DNA from: Eledone cirrhosa
Lineage: Eukaryota
Direction: 5' to 3'
Length of the DNA stretch: 64,000 nt
Assembly: GCA_964016885.1 (NCBI GenBank)
Contig: OZ024741.1
Location: forward strand, 154,628,001-154,692,000
Shown: positions 14,953 to 29,831 of the stretch, piece after piece
Position numbering within the stretch: position 1 is the first letter of the stretch
Layout: every line of letters starts with the position of its first letter
Notes under the pieces: model-generated
What the model was told of the DNA's origin: nothing
What the model saw: only the letters and a program-made list of their open reading frames with translations
Databases searched by the model: none
Made by a program: the position numbers and the translations under genes

Positions 14953-17393
14953 ATCATCATCATCATCATCATCATTTTACGTCCGCTTTTCCCTGCTTGC
15001 AAGGGTGGGACGGGTCTTATTCAGCACAGCATCTCTCCACTCGTCACGGTCCCTCGTCATCTCCACCGTGAGCTTCAATGATCTGAGGTCTGTTCTCACC
15101 ACCTCCGCCCATGTTTTTTGTGGTCTACCTCTACCACGTCTTCCTTCAACTGGCATTTCCTGGCACTTCTTCACCCATCGGTCATCCTCCATGCGCATCA
15201 CATGTCCATACCACCTCAGTCTCCTCTCCCGTACACTACATTCTATCCCTCTCAGACACAGTTTCTCTCTCAACACATTTATGCTGGGTCGTTCACGCAC
15301 ATTTACACTGCACATCCAACGGAGCATGCTTGCCTCATTTCTCTCCAGCCGTCGCATATCCTCTGCAGTTGCTGCCCATGTCTCACTACCATGCAGCATC
15401 GCGCTCCTCACACAGGCATCATACAACCGGCCTTTCGTACGCAGGGAGAAACCCTTCTTCGTCAACAGAGGAAGCAGCTCCCTAAACTTCTTCCAACCCG
15501 TCCTTATTCTAGATACTATGGCCTCGGAACACCCTCCTCCCATGCTAATCTGATCTCCTAGGTACCGGAAGCTATCCACCACTTCTATAGCGCCCTCTCG
15601 CATTTGAAAAATGTGTCTATCAATGCGACTTCTACTGTCTAATTTCCCTGTACATCTACTGCATACGTATTTCTCCCCACCTGTTAGTTTGCCTGCTATC
15701 CCGCTACATCTCTTGTGTACCCAGGATCTGCATTGTGTGCATTTTATAGAATTTATGCCAGTTCCTTTTCTGCATATCGAACATGGCCATTTCCCTGACG
15801 GAATCAGGGTTTTGTCCTATTTTCTACTCATCAACACTTTTGTCTTAGCTAGATTTACTCTCAGTCCTCTTGCTTCCAACTGCTGTTTCCATAGCCGGAA
15901 TTTATTCTCTAGCTCCTCTACTGATTCTGCTATAAGAGCCAGATCGTCAGCATAGAGAAGTTCCCATGGACAGCCAGTCTTAAATTCCTCTGTTATGGCT
16001 TGGAGGACTATAATGAACAAGAGCGGGCTGAGGACTGAACCCTGATGTACTCCTACTTGTATCTGGAATTCCTCACTAAACTCCATTCCTACCCTGACTT
16101 TACTGAGAGTACCTCTGTACAAAGTTTGCACTGTCCTCACAAGCCATTCCTCAACACCTAGCTTCCTTAGGGACCACCAGATGACAGATCGGGGTACCCT
16201 TTCAAAGGCCTTCTCTAGGTCAACAAAGGCTAAGTATAGTGGCTTATTCTTCTCTAAGAACCTCTCTTGCATTTGTCTCACCAAGAAGAGGGCATCTGTT
16301 GTACTCTTCCCAGGCACAAAACCAAACTGCATCTCATCTAATTTGACCCTTTCTCTAATTAGTTGTGCTAAAATCCTTTCTGCCACTTTCATAACCTGAT
16401 CTATCAGTTTTATACCCCTATAATTGCTCCTCTCCAAAGCATCCCCTTTACCTTTGTAGCAATTTATGAGAATACTGCTGCACCAGTCTTTGGGTATGAC
16501 ACCACCATATATAGCCTGATTGATGATGCGTGCAACCAGTTTAGTGCCTACGTCCCCTGATGCCTTCAACATCTCAGCAACTATTCCCGATGGTCCGGCT
16601 GCCTTACCATTTTTCATTTCCCTAATCGCCTCTTGGACCCTATATTCATCAATCTCAATAGCTGGTCCCTCTGTCGGATCTACCAAGGGTAATTTCTCTC
16701 TCTCCCATTCGTTCTCCACATGCATCAGTCTCTCATAATGACATTTCCAGGCCTCCTTTTTCTGGTCATCCGTGACACTAAGTACACCGGCATCATCCCG
16801 GACACATTTATCTCCAACAACATCCTGATTTGCATTGACACACTGCCTTGCAATGTGGAACACCGCACGCCTCTGATCTTCCCGTCGCAGAACATTGGCA
16901 AACCTCCTACGCTCTGCCTCCCTGCGTGCTAAGTACACCTGACGTCTAGCTTCTCTCTTAGTGGCTGTATATTCTTCCCTACTCCCACCCTTTTTTCAAG
17001 CCTTCCATGCTAGTCTTTTGTCTCTAATAGCCTTATCTACTGTGCTGTTCCACCACCAGGTCACTCTCTGTCTGGTTGGAGCTCTGCTCCAGCCACAGGT
17101 TTCATCAGTAGCCTGCAGCAAGTTGTCACGTAAGAACTTCCAGTTATTATCTATGTCATACGTCTCTAAATCGTCTTCTTTTTCGTCATATACATCTTGA
17201 AGGGCTTTCCTAAATTTGTATTTCAGTGAAAGGTCTTTTAGCTTCCAGACCTTTCTTCTCCACACCTTCCTATATGTCTCATTCCATCTCTTGCTTACTG
17301 AGATATCACTAACAACTAACCTATGCTGTGGGGTACATTCTTCCCAGGGTATGCCTTGGTATTAGACACTATCTGCCTGTCCCGCTGCCTAAC
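14953..17393 (-). mobile_element. 5'-truncated RTE LINE of a second family (copy 3), RT with PHD finger, in-frame stops
   Basis: ORFs 16996..17265, 15817..16938 (YADD) and 14977..15603 are collinear; nonsense codons at ~16996 and ~15817; (GAT)n tail 14953-14975. Confidence 0.95.
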
Positions 17394-18593
17394 TATATAT
17401 ATTATATATATTTATTATATATATTATATATATTTATTATATATATTATATATATTATATATATATTATATATATATATTATATATATATATATTATATA
17501 TATATATTATATATTATATATATATATATATTATATATATTATATATTATATATTATATATCTATATATTATATATATATATATATCTATATTATATATT
17601 TATATATATTATATATACATATATATATATTATATATATATATATCTATATTATATATATTTATATATATTATATATATATTATATATATTTATATATAT
17701 TATATATATATAATATATATATTTATATATTATATATATATTATATATATATTATATATATATTATATATATTATATATATATTTATATATATCTATATC
17801 TATATTATATATATTTATATATATTATATATATATTTATATATATTATATATATATTTATATATATATATATATATATATCTATATTATATATATTTATA
17901 TATATTATATATACATATATATATATTATATTATATATTATATATATATATATATATATTATATATATTTATATATATTATATATATTTATATATATTAT
18001 ATATATATTATATATTATATATATATATATATATTATATATATTTATATATATTATATATATATTATATATATTTATATATATTATATATATATTATATA
18101 TATATATATTATATATATATATTATATATATATTATATATATATTATATAAATTATATATATATATATTATATATATTATATATTATATATATTATATAT
18201 ATTATATATATATTATATATATTTATATATATTATATATATATTATATATATATATATTATGTATATATATTATATATATATATATATATTATATAAATT
18301 ATATATATATATATTATATATATATTATATATATATATTATATATATTATATATATATATATTATATATATATTATATATATTATATATATATATATTAT
18401 ATATATATTATATATATTATATATATATATATTATATATAATATATATATTATATATTATATATATATATATTATATATATATATATTATATATATATAT
18501 ATTATATATTTATATATATATTATATATTATATATATATTATATATTTATATATATATATATATATTATATATATATATATATATATATTATT

Positions 18594-18652
<59 letters not shown>

Positions 18653-18698
18653 ATATATATTATATATATATATATTATATATATATTATATATATATA

Positions 18699-18743
<45 letters not shown>

Positions 18744-19064
18744 TATATATATATATATATATATATTAAATATATATATATTATATATATATATTATATA
18801 TTTATATATATATATATATATATATTAAATATATATATATTATATATATATATATTATATATATATATATATTATATATATATATATTATATATATATAT
18901 ATATTATATATATATTATATATATATTATATATATATTATATATATATATATTATATATATATATATATTATATATATATATATATATATATGATATATA
19001 TATATATATTATATATATATATATTATATATATATATTATATATATATTATATATATATATAAT

Positions 19065-19155
<91 letters not shown>

Positions 19156-19364
19156 ATATATATATATATATTATATATATATATATTATATATATATATT
19201 ATATATATATATATTATATATATATATTATATATATATATGTATTATATATATATATATTATATATATATATATTATATATATATTATATATATATATAT
19301 ATTATATATATATATATTATATATATATATATTATATATATATATGTATTATATATATATATAT

Positions 19365-19400
<36 letters not shown>

Positions 19401-19438
19401 ATATATATATATTATATATATATTATATATATATTATA

Positions 19439-19481
<43 letters not shown>

Positions 19482-19543
19482 ATATTATATATATATTATA
19501 TATATATATTATATATATATTATATATATATATATTATATATA

Positions 19544-19598
<55 letters not shown>

Positions 19599-19805
19599 AT
19601 TATATATATATATTATATATATAATATATATATAATATATATATAATACATATATATATATAATATATATATATATTATATATATATTATATATTAGATA
19701 TATTATATATATATATATTATATATATATTATATATATATAATATATATATATTATATATATATTATATATATATTATATATATATATTATATATATATT
19801 ACATA

Positions 19806-19840
<35 letters not shown>

Positions 19841-20217
19841 GATTATATATATATATATTATATATATATATATTATATATAGATTATATATATATATATT
19901 ATATATATATAGATTATATATATTATATATATATTATATATTATATTATATATATATATATTATATATATATATATTATATTATATATATATTATATATA
20001 TATTATATAGATTATATAGATTATATATATTATATATATATTATATATATTATATATATGATTATATATATTATATATATATTATATAGATTATATATAT
20101 TATATAGATTATATATATTATATAGATTATATAGATTATATATATTATATATATTATATATATATTATATATTATATATATATATTATATATATATATAT
20201 TATATATATATATGTAT

Positions 20218-20251
<34 letters not shown>

Positions 20252-20327
20252 ATATTATATATATATATATTATATATATATATATTATATATATATATAT
20301 ATATATATGTATTATATATATATATAT

Positions 20328-20361
<34 letters not shown>

Positions 20362-20462
20362 ATATTTTATATATATATATATATATTATATATATTATAT
20401 ATATATTATATATATATATATTATATATATATATATTATATATATATTATATATATATTATA

Positions 20463-20506
<44 letters not shown>

Positions 20507-20539
20507 ATATATATATATATTATATATATATTATATATA

Positions 20540-20583
<44 letters not shown>

Positions 20584-21064
20584 ATATATATTATATATAT
20601 ATTATATATATATATATTATATATATATTATATATATATATATTATATATATATATTATATATATATAATATATATATAATATATATATATATATTATAT
20701 ATATATATTATATATATATATTATATATATAATATATATAATATATATATATATATTATATATATATAATATATATAATATTATATATATATTATATATT
20801 ATATATATTATATATATATATATTATATATATATTATATATATATTATATATATATATTATATATATATTATATATATATTATATATATATAGATTATAT
20901 ATATATATATTATATATATATATATTATATATATATATATTATATATAGATTATATATATATATATTATATATATATAGATTATATATATTATATATATA
21001 TTATATATATATTATATATATATATATTATATAGATTATATATATATATATATATATTATATAG

Positions 21065-21113
<49 letters not shown>

Positions 21114-21562
21114 ATATAGATTATATAGATTATATATATTATATATATATTATATATATTATATATATGATTATATATATTATATATATTATATATATAT
21201 TATATAGATTATATATATTATATAGATTATATATATTATATAGATTTATATAGATTATATATATTATATATATTATATATATATTATATATTATATATAT
21301 ATTATATATTATATATATTATATAGATTATATATATTATATAATATATTATATATATTATATATATATTATATAGATTATATATATTGTATATATATTAT
21401 ATATATATATAGATTATATATATTATATAGATTATATATATTATATATATATTATATATTAATATATTATATATTATATATATTATATATTATATATATT
21501 ATATACTATATATTATATATTATATATATATATTATATATATATTATATATTATATATATAT
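17394..21562. repeat. ~4.2-kb TATATTA-type microsatellite, with TAGATTA variants distally
   Basis: Direct reading. Confidence 0.97.
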
Positions 21563-21893
21563 ACACATGCTTTATACGTGTCTTGGATGGAATACCCAAC
21601 AAATAAGGATCTCTATGGCAATATACCACCTATCAGCAGGTCAATATGTGGACAGAGACTCAGATTTGCTGGCCACTGTTGGTTCAGAAGGAAGAAAATA
21701 GCAGGTGATGTGTTATTATGGACTCCATCTCATGGAGCAAGAAACAGTGGTCGTCCCAAGAAGACATACCTTAAGCTACTTGAGGACGATACTAGATGCA
21801 CTGCGGAAGAACTGGCAAAAGTTATGAGAGACAGATGGGTGGAGGAAACATGTCGTAGAAAGCCGAGCATGCTCGACATGATGATGATGATGA
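21563..21893 (+). mobile_element. 3' fragment of a third RTE-like LINE family with (GAT)n tail
   Basis: ORF 21578..21898: RLRFAGHC..LLW.P..G.R..GRPKKTY; tail 21878-21893; TA repeats on both sides. Confidence 0.8.
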
Positions 21894-22220
21894 CATAGAT
21901 ATACGTATATACATATATATATGTATATACATATATATATATATACACATACATATATATATATATAAGATTTCGCTTCAAGCATAGCTTTATACAATAT
22001 GTATAGAAATTTTGTATTTCTAAAGAAATATGGTTTTAGAAAGCCGTAACTCTGCAAACACCATGGCTAATGCCCTTTGGTGGTATCCAGCAGAAGAAAG
22101 AGGGAGCACCGTCTATGCATTTCAGGCTTGACTGGCCTTTGTCAGGACCGTCCCTCCCTCCGCTTGCTACTGCTGGACTTGAAAACAGTCGAGAATATAT
22201 AGTTTTTCTCGTCTGTGTAA

Positions 22221-22344
22221 ATGAGGTGATTAATCTCATTTGCATATGAAGCTGCATAAGCTGGCTCTTATTTCTTATTTCTTTTCTATTATAAGTTGAG
22301 CCAACTTATGCAGCTTCATATGCAAACGAGATTAATCACCTCAT
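22221..22344. repeat. 47-bp inverted repeat, 30-bp spacer
   Basis: 22221-22267 vs 22298-22344, 2 mismatches. Confidence 0.9.
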
Positions 22345-22542
22345 GAGTAAAAAAAACCCCAAAAAACAACAGTGTTTCATTGTAAAATAATCACTCCAGC
22401 TATTTTAGTACCTTATTTACTTAGAATTTGAAGTTGGTGAAAATCAGCAAATATTGACCTTGAATATAAACCAACTTCCATTTTACTATCGATTTTTTTT
22501 TTTTTTTTTTTTTTTTTTGCAGTACATTTTTTAATATATAAG

Positions 22543-22606
<64 letters not shown>

Positions 22607-22984
22607 TCTTTCTTATTTCGTATTCATTTATCTCATGCTACCTTTTTACTGACTCTAATGATATATTCATCCCATACTAGCTTTTCTATTGACTGCAATA
22701 ATATATTTATCCCATACTTTCTATTCTTACTGACTCTAATCAGATCTTTCTTCACAACTGTTTTCCAAAGAAGAACTGAAGAGAACTTAATTATTTTCTA
22801 TGACCTCTTGTTTGTGTGTGTGTATGGTATATCTTATTTTGAACTGTGACACACTAATACACTTTGCTTTTCCAATAATGTGGTGCATTCTGTAGGTTTC
22901 AAAACATTCTTCACTTGAGGTTTTCAAATATATTGAAGGAGAGAGAGAGAAAATAAATGAGTAACAGAGAGAAAGAACAAGCAA

Positions 22985-23825
22985 CACTTTACTTTCGTTA
23001 CCATATATCTAATGAAAGACAGTGTCTGTTTCAAATAATTTTGAAAATAATCATGAGTTGTGTAAGATTTATAAATATAATTAATTTTTTCATTATTAAG
23101 CTGGTGTTTGGAATATAACTTAACAAAGGTTCTTACACAAAATTATGATGAAAGGTTTTTCAATAAATATAAAATCTTTAAAATTAGCTGTTTTGCATCA
23201 TAGAACCAGGTGCAGTTTCAGTGGTTTGGTATCAAAAGGTTTAGATGAGGGTTACTGAAAGGGTTACAGAAGGATAATTGATTGGCAGAGTGTTTAAAGC
23301 ATTGGATAGAATGCCTTGCACCATTTACTTGGGTTCTTTGGTGTTGTAATTTCATCTATTAAGTGTATTTCATCCTTCTACAAATGATAGAATATAACAG
23401 CAGTCAAGCATTGGGATTGATTTAACACTTTTGATATCAAACTGCCCTGGTTCTATAATGCTTTAAAGTATATATTTATCTAAAAAATGTCCATTATATT
23501 TTTATATAACAACCTATATTTAGTTGTGCTCCAAACATCAGCTTAAGTTAGTTATGTTACTAAAACACTCCAAATCCTTGGTTATTTTCAAAATCATTTG
23601 AAAATCATAGACAGTGTTTCATTAGAAATATGGTAAGAAAGGGTTAAATCATTTATATTTATATTAAAACTTTCCATTACAATTTTATATAAGAAGCTTT
23701 GAGTTAAGCTCCAAACACCAGCTTAATAACAAGAACATTAGTTATACTACTAAATTTTTGATTATTTTCAAAATTTATTGAAACATGTAGACAGTGTCTC
23801 CCATTAGAAATATGTTTACAAAGGT
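22985..23825. mobile_element. Cluster of degenerate ~250-bp piggyBac-like MITE copies (22985-23243; opposite orientation 23421-23647 and partial 23650-23825)
   Basis: Shared blocks gttaccatat, ttgaaaataa, ctggtgtttggaa, tagaaccagg in both orientations; aaagggttaa end at 23647; more copies near 32620-32750, 33270-33510, 34730-34820. Confidence 0.55.
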
Positions 23826-23833
23826 AGGACACC

Positions 23834-24100
23834 AGGTGATAGACTGGTTTATCAATCAGAGTTAAATAACAGGTGATGTACTAGTTTATCAATCACATCA
23901 ATCAGTTAAATAACAGGTGATACACTGGTTTATCAATCACATCAATCACAGTTAAATAACAAGTGATATACTGGTTTATCAATCACAGTTAAATAACAGG
24001 TGATACACTGGTTTATCAGTCACAGTTAATCAACAGGTGATATACTGGTTTATCAATCACAGTTAAAGAATAGGTTTATCAATAATAGGTGATGCACTGA
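23834..24100. repeat. ~37-bp minisatellite, ~6-7 copies
   Basis: Unit aggtgatacactggtttatcaatcacagttaaataac. Confidence 0.88.
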
Positions 24101-24972
24101 CTGATCAATCGTAATGCCCCATCTTGCCCCACTACTTCTTTGTATATTAGCTGCCATTCTTTAACAATTCCATTCAAGATAGAAAATAAAACTGGTTGTT
24201 TGAAAAGGTAAGTCTTCCAGTGAAAGATGTCATGTTAACCATGGTCTATATCATAGCTTTAGCTATCACATCTCTCTCACCTCTCTTTTTCACATCTCTA
24301 ATTTCTCACCTCTTTCTCTCATCTCTTATCATTCTCATCATCAATAACAACAACAAGACATCTAGTTTCAGTTAAGATAATTTACATTTCATACGATATC
24401 GACATTTTGGTTAGCTGCTGCTGTGTGTGTGTGCATCCCTCCGCATCTGTGAGTGTGTATATATGTGTGTTTGTATGTGACTGTGTGTACATACATGTGT
24501 GTATATATGTATCTTGTCTGCGTGGTGTGTGTGTGTATATATATGTCTGTGTGTGTATATATGTATCTGTGTGAATGTGTCTATTCAAAACTATTGTTAT
24601 GCAAATTTTTGTTATTTTCTTAACCTGTGACAAAAGTGTGCACTGAATGTACAATCTACATTATAATAACTCTACTGCCATTTTCTCTGTCAGTCACACA
24701 CAAACACTAGGATCTGTCAGAAACATTCTAAAACTTTTTTTTATTTAGAACTCCTGAAACACACATATAAGATAGAAAAGAGTGTATGTTGGTGGGGGTT
24801 GTGTTGGTGGTGTTGGTGATGGTTGTGTTGGTGATGGTTGTTGGGGGTGGGAAAATGTTCTAAAATTTGTGCCAGAAATTAGTGTTCTACCAGCAATGTT
24901 GTCTTTCTGTTTGCTGCTCACCTTCTCTCTCTATCTACCTGCCTGTCTGTGTGTCCACACACACACACACCC

Positions 24973-25003
<31 letters not shown>

Positions 25004-25004
25004 C

Positions 25005-25058
<54 letters not shown>
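24973..25058. repeat. (ATCT)n microsatellite
   Basis: Direct reading. Confidence 0.95.
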
Positions 25059-25059
<1 letters not shown>

Positions 25060-25449
25060 CACTATCTATCCACCTGCCCACTATCCCTCTATACATCCAC
25101 CTCTCTCTTTATCTATCAACCTCTACCTGGATAGAGTTTCATATTATGGAAAAAGGAGCTCTGTTTGTAAGCCTAGAGCTAAGTTATATATTTTGATACA
25201 CAGTTTTAGTTGGACATTTTGGAACTAGTAGTTTCCTAGTTTGCACTGTTAAAGGCATACATCTCACACACACACATGCACACGCACACACCGCTTTTAT
25301 TCAGTGTATGAACAAACAAATAAATTATATGATTTATCAGCTCTCATACCTGATTGAGCATGGTTTTCCATTTTCCTCTTTCCCACCTATGGATACTTAC
25401 TGCACGCACGAACACACGCATGCACAAACGCACGCACGCACATTATATC

Positions 25450-25497
<48 letters not shown>

Positions 25498-25553
25498 GAA
25501 GTTGAGTATCCCAGTTGCAAAATTAATCATCAGTCATTTAAATTTATATACAT

Positions 25554-25611
25554 ACGGTGCCCCAGCATGGCCTCAGCCGGATGGCTGAAACAGGTAAAAG
25601 AGTAAAAGAGT
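25554..25611 (+). mobile_element. Probable SINE 3' tail fragment
   Basis: gccccagcatggcc..gctgaaacaggtaaaagagtaaaagag with duplicated terminal motif; recognised by resemblance only. Confidence 0.45.
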
Positions 25612-27501
25612 ATACATGCACAAACACACGCACGCACGGCCGTGTGTGTGTCGTGGTGAGGTTCAGCATTCTGAGACCAGCTTTTACTTCTGCCCAGTCT
25701 TCATTTGCAGATTCTTTCCATGTGGGATTCTTGGCACAATTACTATCCAGACATCACGTGTCTATACCAGCAGACCCTTCTTTTCTATACTCTACATCTG
25801 ATAACTCTTTACCCAATGATCATCATCCATAAATATCACATGTCCAAACCAGCTCACCCTCTCTCTCATACACACTACATCTGATGCCTCCTTTATCCAC
25901 CCCTTTGTTCAATGATCTTCTCTATATATATAAAATTCTTTGTCTCTCTGTCTGTCTATCTTTTCTGTATGTATTCTCAAATGGCTCGACCAAATCAAAT
26001 CATATTACCAGGTAATAGAATTATAACCTGGTATTAACATGTAATTTTTATTTTCATTTGGATTAAAACAATATAACACTTTATCAAAAATAATCTACTA
26101 TAGACAACTAAGCAAATGGATATTTCATACACACACACACACATCTACACATACACATACATATACATATGTATGTGATGATTGACAAGTATATGTGTGT
26201 GAGTGTATGTGAGAGTGAGTTAATTTACACTGCATACAAAAATAGAGATAAATATATATTTCTTTTGCATATTGATACAAAAATTGCTCTCATACCTACA
26301 GCTGTTCCATTTGAATTTAAGAGGCTTCAGTTTCTAGTCAAACTAAGTTTTATTTCAATTAACAAATCTTGGGTCAATCCCTCAAGGTAGTTGGACTTGA
26401 TCTCTCTACAACATGCTTTTCCCACGGCCAACTCTGTTAGTTGCTCACGAGTTGGAAGCAGCAACAATTTATTCATTTGCACCAACAAAAAATTACACAA
26501 TGAATATTGTTTACCTTGAGGTGCTTCAAGATTGACAGATTTTCATTTCTAAATTCTATTATCATTACAATTTTGATATTTAAAAAAATAAAATACAGAT
26601 ATTTTGAAATAATTATGAGAAAAAATATATATCTTCATATTTATTGTTTACTAATCTGAATAAGAATAGCAGTAACCTGGGCAATGCTAAATCATTCAGC
26701 TAGTCATCTATTAATGTAAGATGTCTACACCAGAGCAACCTTCTCATCTACACACTACAACTGATTTCTCTTGTGTACAGCTTTTCTTTCAACTCACCTG
26801 TGTTTCATCATTCTTGTACATTAAAAATGATAATTGCTATTCTGTGCAATTTCTTTTTTAAATGCAAGTTTTCAAAGATATAAACCAATTTTGTTTTTAT
26901 ATGAAAGGATGTCGAACAGTAGTTATTTTTGAAATTCAGTTCATACATCCACTAAGTGTTTTAAAGCTATTTCCCTACCATGACACATTTCATATTGATC
27001 ATAGCATTCTTTTTGAGGCAATGTTTTACACCCTTCCTTGTATCAATTTTTTAAATCACCTTTTATGACATGAGAGATATGTTGTACTTATTTGAAATCT
27101 TGATACACACAGATAATACCAACCTTTTTAGGTACAATATTCTAAACCAAATGCATACAAATAATACCAACCCTTTTATGATACACAGGGATTCTATTCT
27201 AAACCAGGTACACACATAATCATGTTAGTATTAAAAAATGCTATCTTGTGCAATTTAATCCTTAGAATACTGTAGTGACACAGAGATCCCAAAATAAACT
27301 TTATATTCTACTGAATTTTCTTTCTCATAAAATTAATTGGGGGAGAGATAAAACAGTATTTTGACAAAGCAAGCTAACCTCTCCATTGTTTGGTGTACAA
27401 TTCAGTTTCTGGCATTAATCAAAGTTGTGCTTAGTTGCTAATCATATTGAACAATGGTGATATTATTGGGATAAAAATGCCCCATGTGCATATTTTCAAA
27501 A

Positions 27502-27542
<41 letters not shown>

Positions 27543-28379
27543 AGCACATAAAAAGACTCATTTAATTTGACCAAATTAACCATTTTCAATTAAAAACAAA
27601 CTATTATCAAAGATTTAAAAAATATCAGTATTGAAAAGTTTAAATTGTGATCTAGTAGTATTTTAAAAAATGCAATTTTCAATGCTATAAACCAGTTTTT
27701 ATTCTATGAAAAGATACAGAACAATAATTTATTTTTAAAATTCAGTCAATACAATTAAATCAAATATAATAAAAGATTTATTGAACACAGAACAAAAATA
27801 AAAAGCCATTTGCCTGCTGAATAATCATTTAGTTTCCTCCAAATCTTCAACATAACAAAGGCATCCATTTATTTCCCCACTCTACAAGTTTCATGTATAT
27901 TTTAGAATAGGTTGTTGGTGCTGTTGTTTAGCCCAAAGCCAGACACTCACCCAATAAAATTGATGACAATGGTGGAATCACCATAGGTTTCAACAATGAG
28001 CATTCAATTCAGTGAACTGAATGTTTGATTCATGAATTATTGTGTAAGTGGTTGAGTACACCACTGATACATGTATCTTTAAAGTAATTTCCAAGCTAAA
28101 TCAGAGTGACGCAGTGTATAACAAGGTTGAACCTTTGAATTACAGACACAGTTCATCTTGTATTAATGGCTGAGTATTCCACAGATACATGTATCCTTAA
28201 TGTAATTCTCAGAGAAGATGAAAGGTATTCCAGTCATGACGAACCTGTCTTTTTTTAATTCTAACTCAGTGATTAAGTGTATCTAGGATTACAGTATCTA
28301 ATGTGTCCTCTTTAAACATGGTAGGCTATGATTTGAAGAAGATTTCTTGCAGATTGCACATCCATGTAGAAATTATAGT

Positions 28380-28485
28380 GTAGGTGTGTGGTTTAGTAGT
28401 TAGGGTCTTACATCCTAGGCTCTGGGTTTGATTCCTGGACTGGGTGGCATGTTGTGTTCTTGAGCAAGATGTTATTTCACATTGC
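28380..28485 (+). mobile_element. Degenerate tRNA-derived SINE head of another family
   Basis: A-box-like tggtttagtagtt, B-box-like ggtttgattcc, then gtgttcttgagcaag. Confidence 0.5.
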
Positions 28486-28679
28486 TTTTCCTGTTAGAAA
28501 AGGGCCCCTATCATTAAAACATCTGAGAAATCTTCTTTGAGATGCACCTCCGTAGGAGGCTAGCTAAACCTACATAGATGTGTGAGCTGTAAATTTGATT
28601 TCATTTTCATTTTTTTCCAGCACAACCTCCCTCTACTTGTTACTTCATCATTTCCTCTACAAGATTCAGTGATTTAAGA

Positions 28680-28880
28680 CCAACTCAAGTCTTTCTTTGT
28701 CTTCCTTTGTTATAGCTTCCTTCTTCTGAGAATTACTGGCACTTCTTCTTTGAACAGTTACATGTCCATACCAGTGTAGTCTTCTCTTTTGTACACTGCA
28801 TCTTATTCCCATATGCCCAGTTATTCTCTCAGCTCATCTTTGCTTCACTGTTCCTGCTTATTAACATTACACATTTGATT
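28680..28880 (-). mobile_element. Old degenerate RTE C-terminal fragment (similar relics at ~25660-25890 and ~58050-58410)
   Basis: acatgtccataccagtgtagtcttct reads RRLHWYGHV on the - strand, as in the RTE copies. Confidence 0.55.
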
Positions 28881-29799
28881 CACTTCTATTTATTTCTAAC
28901 ATTTTAGGAGAAGCAAGAGGGGAATCCCAATAACCATTTTTTTGCTTCCTCAGGTTAATGGAGTTAATGTTCCATTGATGAATAACATCAGGCTCCTAAT
29001 GTTAGACCTACTCAAGCAGAAAATATCTACATTGTAAACTTCCTTCCACCTCTTGCTTGGAAATAATTGAGAGAATCTATGGTAGAACCTCATCTGGTTG
29101 ATATATTCTACTCTCATATGTACGTTGGTATAGATATATATATGTGTGAGTTCAGACATATATATACACACACACATGTGCACACATACCATGTGACCAC
29201 ACACACACACGTGACCACACACACACACAGAGGCACACATACTCATATGCACACACATATATGTACACATACATACACACAATCATACACACACATGCAC
29301 ATATATATTTAATGGTGTGTGAGGAGTGTCTTCACGTTTTTACCACACATGCACACAACTATTTGTACATGCCTTTACACACACCACACACCACAGAGAG
29401 AGAGAGAGAAAGATGTAACACTCTATTTTGGAAGAGAATGAATTGTAGTTATATTGTCTTGAACGATGGATGAAAGGCAAATTTGACCCTGGGGAAATTG
29501 AACTCACAATGTAGAAAGCTGGGAAAAAAATGCAAACATTTTGTCTGATGTTCTAACAGTTCTGCCAATCCACCACCATCTCATTAAAAAGTGAGTAATA
29601 TTTCATTAGATAATGATAATACAAATGATAATGATGATGGTGATGATTATTATGATAATGATGGTAATAGATATAATAACGATCGACGAGTGGGGGTGGC
29701 AATGATAATGATAACTGATTGTATTAACACAAAAGCTTCCAACATAGAATGAACCAGGTAGCTTCCAGTAAACTGAATATGAGTGGGTGAAAATTAGTT

Positions 29800-29800
29800 A

Positions 29801-29831
<31 letters not shown>

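Noticed and set aside
22036-22257. Possible exon in GC-richer unique sequence
   Set aside because: No recognisable motif or convincing splice-site pair
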